Assembly (NCBI GenBank): GCA_964016885.1
Contig: OZ024746.1
Location: forward strand, 5,456,001-5,520,000
Direction of reading: 5' to 3'
Source: Eledone cirrhosa
Lineage: Eukaryota
DNA: 64,000 nucleotides
Part shown: in pieces, positions 57,868 to 64,000 of the stretch
Position numbering within the stretch: the first letter of the stretch is position 1
Layout: each line of letters opens with the position of its first letter
The notes under the pieces: generated by a model
Databases searched by the model: none
Seen by the model: the letters and a program-made list of their open reading frames with translations, nothing else
What the model was told of the DNA's origin: nothing
Position numbers and translations under genes: made by a program

Positions 57868-58179
57868 TAGGCACATACAGAGATACACACACAAACACAC
57901 AAAAAGAGAGACACACACACACAAACACACAGAGATACACACACACAAACACACAGATATACACACACAAACTCACATAGATATACACACACATACACAC
58001 ACACACAGACGCACACACACACACAAACACACGGAGATACACACACACACACACACACACAAAGAGACACACACAAACAAAGAGACACAGACAGAAACAC
58101 ACAGAGATACGCACACACATACACACATACACACACACACATATACGCACGTACACACACATACACACACATGTATATA

Positions 58180-58335
58180 TACGATGGTCTCTTGCAGTTT
58201 TCGTCTACTAAATTCCACTTACTCGTTATTAATCCACCCGAGGCTATAATATAAAACATTTGCCCCAGATGCCGCACAGCCCGACTGAACCCATAATCTG
58301 TTGTCTGTAACGCAAACTCTTTAACCTATCAGGTA
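58180..58335 (-). mobile_element. Degraded tRNA-derived SINE, third family
   Basis: cagttttcgtctactaaattccact..cccgaggctata..atttgcccc..gactgaaccc resembles a common octopus SINE (recalled, not searched). Confidence 0.55.
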
Positions 58336-59655
58336 TGTATATATAATATATACACATATACGCACATGTATACACCTACACACTAGGGCACTTTCCACTT
58401 TCCCTATTAAACAGATTTTTACTTTCGTTATATATTTTCTTCCCCAAACCCTCTCTAAACTTCTTTCTTTTATCTCTACCTTCATATATCCATGTCTTTC
58501 TCTTTCGCTTTCACCTTTATTTTCTCTCTGAATCTTTCATTCTTTTTCTCTCGTTTTTTTCTCGCTCTTTATCGCCCCCCCGTCCCTCTCTCTACACCTG
58601 TTTTTCTCTTTCTGTCTATATCTTTTATCACCTCTAATTTGCCTTGGTGTATCACTCTGTAAATTTCTCTTTTTCGATCTTTCTCTTTCACCTTCTTATT
58701 GTCTTATTCTCCTGCCTCAGCCTTTCAATCTTAATTTATTTTCCCACTCTTGGTTCATATTATTATCTCCCCTTCTCTCAGTTGGTCTCATCCATCGACC
58801 TACCTCACTCCTTTCTCTATTACTCTCTCTCTCATGCATTGTCTGTCTTATGTTTTACCATAAAGAAGCATCATCTGTATTTAATACTTTACTGTGGACC
58901 TGCAGTCTCATTTATAGATGGTGTGAACATAAGAAAACTAATTATAAAATCCATTAGTCTTTCGCTTGTTTCACCTCCAATAACAAACAGATTGCAGGGT
59001 GGCAAATGCAGCGACATCAGTTGAAAAGCTGAGTAGGAGAGAGAAAGGGGGAGAAATCTACTTCAACAGTTCGTGAGCTCCATACATGTCCTTCACTCCC
59101 AATATCTATCTAATTCCTATGGAAACACATTTTTCCAGTTGCCGCTATCACATCTTTAGATGGATTACACGAGGTATTATTTCAGCATTTCAAATCCTGC
59201 TGAGTTTAGCTTTGCTTTTCATCCTTACGGGGTCGATAAAATACAGTACGAGTAATGCACTGGGGTGGATTTTATCGATTTCCCCTTCCCTTTTAAATTG
59301 CTGGTCTTGTGCTAAATATAGAAACAATTATTTCAGCAGACAAAATCCATGCTTAACTTATTTAGTAAGAGTCAATGTTATTCTGAGTTCAAAACATTTC
59401 TAGATTTACTTTGATATTCCTACTTCCAGAGTCAATAAAATAATCATCAGTTGTATACTGGTTGCTCTCCTAATAACTTTACCTATTTCATCGGTATCAC
59501 AGATAGGTTCATCTCAGCTCTCTGTTGCTTCACTCATTCCATTAAATGCCAACAATGTAGTCGGCTGTATGAATGCGAGACTTGTGGGAGACTAGCTGAT
59601 AGGCTTAGCAAACGTACGTGTTCAAAGGTCTTCTAGCCAACGTAGTTTAAGAAGA

Positions 59656-60060
59656 CCTTTGCGATTGTCAACTGAAGGATGCTGGTGTCTCTCGTGCTGC
59701 GACCTTCCGGCGACCGTACGAAAAGCACGGTCGCATTCCTCACATTTGTGGTCCTGGCCCGAGTCGGCGGGAATGTCGTCCCATCTCCTGCCTGTACATC
59801 GGCAGAGTACAGCGAATGTAGGTGACCACTCTCCCTACCACATTTGAGACGGCTCGTTGGACTTGGACCAATGGATAGGACATTTACCGACTATAACGAT
59901 TCGTAGGTGTGTTCTGGATGAGTTTCCTCTAGATTACGGTACGCACGTCTTGGTGTTGAGGGGCAAACAGCTTTCCTCACAGTGGGTGCAAGACCCCGTG
60001 GACTCTGTCGGCGAGGTCGAGTTGCCTGAGATGGGGGTGGATTGCCTCGAGATAAAGTGC
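59656..60060 (-). pseudogene. N-terminal zinc-finger region of an R2-like (RLE-type) retrotransposon
   Basis: HKCEECDRAFRTVAGRSQHERHQHPSVDNRK (59656-59750); upstream frameshifted CTHCEESC..THLR; GC-rich island. Confidence 0.55.
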
Positions 60061-60190
60061 AAAAGCGTCATGTTGTTTTGCTCTCACTGTCCGCGTCACC
60101 TCTTAGATACATTGTATCTAGGATGGTACTATCCTATATAGCTGTCTGCTGAGTTTCTTACAAAGCCATCATGAGTGAGAAGTGTCCAGT

Positions 60191-60378
60191 AATAATTGTT
60201 TCTAGTTTTGGCACAAGGCCAGCAATTACCCCAGTGCATTGCTGGTGCTTTTATTTTTTATCGACCACCTAAGGATGAAAGGCAAAGCTAACCTCGGCGG
60301 GATTTGAACTCAGAACGTAAAGAGCCATAACTCTATGCTGCAAAGCATTGTTTCTGACGCTCTACCGATACTGCCAAT
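60191..60378 (-). mobile_element. SINE family B
   Basis: Matches 25535-25724. Confidence 0.85.
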
Positions 60379-61587
60379 AATATTTTGCAATAGATAGGAA
60401 ATGAAAACTGAATTTGTATCATTGAGGCAATATCCAACGTTATTAGTGATATAGGTGAAGGAACAGAAATAATGATGTTATTAATAATAATCTTTGATGC
60501 CCTGTATTTTCTGGCGTGGATAAACTTGGTATTGTGATATTTATGAGTGTCTGAAGTATGTCAGTTCCACAAATGACATTAAATGAATTTAATTTCAGAT
60601 GAAAACAAATCCCAGTTTTTTTTTCTGGCCAGGAACTGTTACATTTACTATCAGCGCGTCTCCCTTGCCGTCCTCCAGGGAAATGCCTTCTCCATTCTGT
60701 CGCTGGGGCTGTGGGGAGGCCACCAATATGATTGACTGACTTGTCATTTTATCAGTCAGATGTTATAATGACTCTCTCTCTCTCTATATATATATATGTT
60801 CTTTTACTATCATATGTAAATATTTTGTTAACATAGTTTGATAATGTTGTTTGTTTCCAGTATATCCCTAAGTTGCTAGGTTGAAATTAGTACACGTATA
60901 TCATTTGCGAACATTTTACTCCCTATTAGGAGGCAATTGGTATATTTCCACCATGTGAGATATCACATGGTTAAAGAGAGGAATAGTGGATACTTGCATA
61001 AAGCTCAATAATCTACATATCTATTTTTATTCGGAATTGTTGACTTTCATTTAAAATCGATACAACCTTGTCGTCAACGTTTCTAAACTTTAAAAGTATA
61101 TTTTTTGTTTCATTTAATGATCCATCATGTAATATTATGACGATTGGTTGTGCATACAAAATTGGAAATAATCAATGTTTTAGAATATTCCAGAATCATG
61201 TAATATAATATTCACCAGGTTCATTCGTTTTCCGTTCACGCATTACGACATTTTGAGGATACTTTTTTCTCGGCTGTTACAAGTTCATATCATTGCATAA
61301 AAAAGTTATGATGGAATTTTTAATATATAGATTTCTGCATTGTTTGTTAACATTTTTAGATTTCTTTCTGAAATTAACTACAAATCGGAATTCTTCGGAG
61401 CAGAATGTTGTATCTGCTGCCAAATCCTATCTCAGAAGTTGAATATATTCTTTTATATGACTTAGTTTTCCAATCATTTTCTTATACCGTATTTCTTTCA
61501 ATATAATGGGTAATGTAGCGATAACTCTGAACAAGGAATGTATCCCCTTGAGTTATAAGTCGCTGATGTAATTTCGATCCTATTTGT

Positions 61588-61880
61588 GGAGGCGCATATC
61601 CTAATGGTTAGGGTGTTTGACTTACGATCAAAATGTTGTGGGTTCGATTCCTGGACCTGGTTGTGTGTTGTATTCTTGAGCAAAAAACACTTCATTTCAT
61701 GTTGGTCCAGTATACTCAGCTGAAAATGAGTACCAGCAATAGCTGGGGGTTTAACCCTGCAATGGACTGGTGTCCTGTCCAATGGAAAGTCTTGTACTCT
61801 CAGTTGCTTCACGCCACGAAAGCGGGATAAGCATTAGCCCCATGAACCACCTGGCCTGTGACAGACTTTAGACTTTAGAT
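61588..61880 (+). mobile_element. SINE family A variant
   Basis: ggaggcgca..taatggttagggtg..gggttcgattcc; cttgagcaa; (actttag) tail. Confidence 0.8.
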
Positions 61881-63032
61881 TTGAAGACGATTCATTCAGT
61901 TAATTAATTTTATGTATAAAAGTCGGAATGTCACAACACAAGGTATTCTATTCTTTATAATGTAGCGAATATTACAATAGTTGTCTAAATAGGAAGGATG
62001 AGCTATTATTACCACAATTATCATAGTTTGGATGCTGAAATTAAAGGTTTCCATTTTGAATCCTGCCTGATACTATACGTATCATACATAGGAAATTAAT
62101 AAAAATACAATATAATATAATGTTTTATCTTCATCCCTATATATATAATACTCTCGATATATAATACTCTAATACTGGGAATAACCAGAAAACCTAACCA
62201 GGAATCGAATTCGTGTTAGTAAATGAGCTTCCCAGTAACTATTTATCACTCTATTTCGTGGTATTTGTGTATTCTCTTCGAAAATATATCTCACATTCAA
62301 CTTTATTGCCATGTCATAATAGGTGCTTAAAACCCAAAACACTTTTTAATTGAAAACTTTAAATAGTTTGTAATGTATAAATAGGTTTGATGAGAGGATT
62401 TAGAAACTAGATTTTACTATTCGCTGTAAAATATGCTTCATCCTACAGTCCTAATTATATGTTTCTAATTACACGTCCTTAATTATAACAGTAATTACAT
62501 TCCATAGCATACAACCAAATCCGAATGAACTTGCCATGACATGAACTTCTTCATTATTTCATTTCAATTGTTTTGTAGCGTTGGTAATGAATGTGGTAGA
62601 CGAGGAACTGATGTGCGCACTGTGTAGATAATTCAGTATTAATATAGAATCATGAATGCATTCCATATATGGAGAATCATTTTATAATATCAAATATATA
62701 GCAACATATATTGATGTGCTGATTTAGATGTAAGACAAAGGACAAATGACTAAAATTTAAGAAGTTAACTTTTAGAAAATATATTTTAAAATCGCATTTA
62801 ATATTTTTAATGTTATATATGACCCACCAATGACATCAACAACAACAATTGTCGGCGCAATAATTGGCCATAATAAACAGAATCGAATATTGAGGTTGAA
62901 AAACTGAAAGAAAATGCCTAAGTCTACAACCAATCAAAATATCATGATTTTGACCTTGTTTGCACTCATTATTCAATATAGCGAATATATCCAATAATCA
63001 CATTTTTCTCTCTCTCATTTGTTCTGACTGTG

Positions 63033-63101
<69 letters not shown>

Positions 63102-63174
63102 TCATTAAAAACAACAGAAGGTTGAACTGGAAACCTTCTTCATTAGTAAACAGCATAACATAAATTATAGGGGG

Positions 63175-63430
63175 AAAAGTGACTTCAGTTGTGGTTGATG
63201 TTCTTTAATAATTCAAATCCTTACAATACATCGATATTAGTTCTGGTAAGTCCTTGTTAACTTCTGTGGAGAACACAAAGTCCTTGTTAACTATCTAGGG
63301 AAATTTCTCGCATTCGGTTCGATTTTCAAACTGGTCGGATGTGTTGTGTTGAAGATGTTTATATACGAATTATTGAACATATTTGAATTATTAAAGAACG
63401 ACGTCAACCACCAGTGAAATCATTCTTTCC
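63175..63430. repeat. Diverged inverted repeat in a TA-flanked insert
   Basis: gtggttgatgttctttaataattcaaat versus atttgaattattaaagaacgacgtcaaccac. Confidence 0.65.
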
Positions 63431-63502
63431 CAGTTTTTCCAATTTACCTTACTGTACCAAGGAATTTCCTTCCTTTTCTACTATATATATATATATATAT
63501 AT

Positions 63503-63718
63503 AACAAAGGAATTGTGGTAAGGAACCAGATGGACCATAACGCACCAGAGTACTCAATACTTAGGGAAGTAGAGTGGGAAATAAGAAAAAGTATGACCCC
63601 GACGGCAGAGCTCAAGCCGTTTCGATGGCTATTCTGGACGGCTATTTCTGGACGACTATATGTGTCCAGAAATAGCCGTCGAAACGGCTTGAGCTCTGCC
63701 GTCGGGGTCATAGTTTTT

Positions 63719-63721
<3 letters not shown>
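63503..63721. mobile_element. Fold-back PLE-derived element, family X
   Basis: Palindrome about 63580-63722; homologous to 20637-20820; (TA)n flanks. Confidence 0.85.
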
Positions 63722-63753
<32 letters not shown>

Positions 63754-63967
63754 AAGACTCTTTCCCCAGTGCCCTGGGTTCATCATTTCTGGTCGATAAA
63801 GTATTAATCTAAGGCGGAGAATTGGCGGATTCCTATAGTGTTTTGTGCTAATATTTGAATTTCTCCTCCGTGAATATCTGGACATTGTCTTACTACACTT
63901 TACATTCCTTTAAATCAATTACAATCAACACACACACACACACACACACGCACACACACACACACAG

Positions 63968-64000
<33 letters not shown>

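Noticed and set aside
63515-63754. Recurrent [18 protein letters not shown]
   Set aside because: It is a translation of the non-coding family X repeat and runs into microsatellite.

Overview
AT-rich, microsatellite-saturated eukaryotic non-coding DNA (intronic or intergenic). The SINE families look like those of octopod cephalopods, which is an inference from recalled consensus sequences. No host protein-coding gene can be supported; most track ORFs are translations of (TA)n, (CA)n or (TATG)n repeats. The window contains tRNA-derived SINEs, two Tc1/mariner-type MITEs and a transposase relic, an R4/Dong-type RT-RLE fragment, five internally deleted RTE elements in (TATG)n tracts, an R2-like zinc-finger relic, two TE-derived minisatellites and a 5'-truncated Penelope-like element (PLE) with a GIY-YIG pseudogene. 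The most striking layer is a dense set of short inserts in (TA)n tracts, from about ten unrelated families, that carry minimal type-I hammerhead ribozymes (about 10 recognisable, several with intact cores). Many form fold-back palindromes whose inversion point lies in or next to the ribozyme. The families share a GAGTRCTY motif downstream of the cleavage site, and several ribozymes share a C.C mismatch at position 4 of stem II. Coordinates were read by eye and may be off by a few bases.
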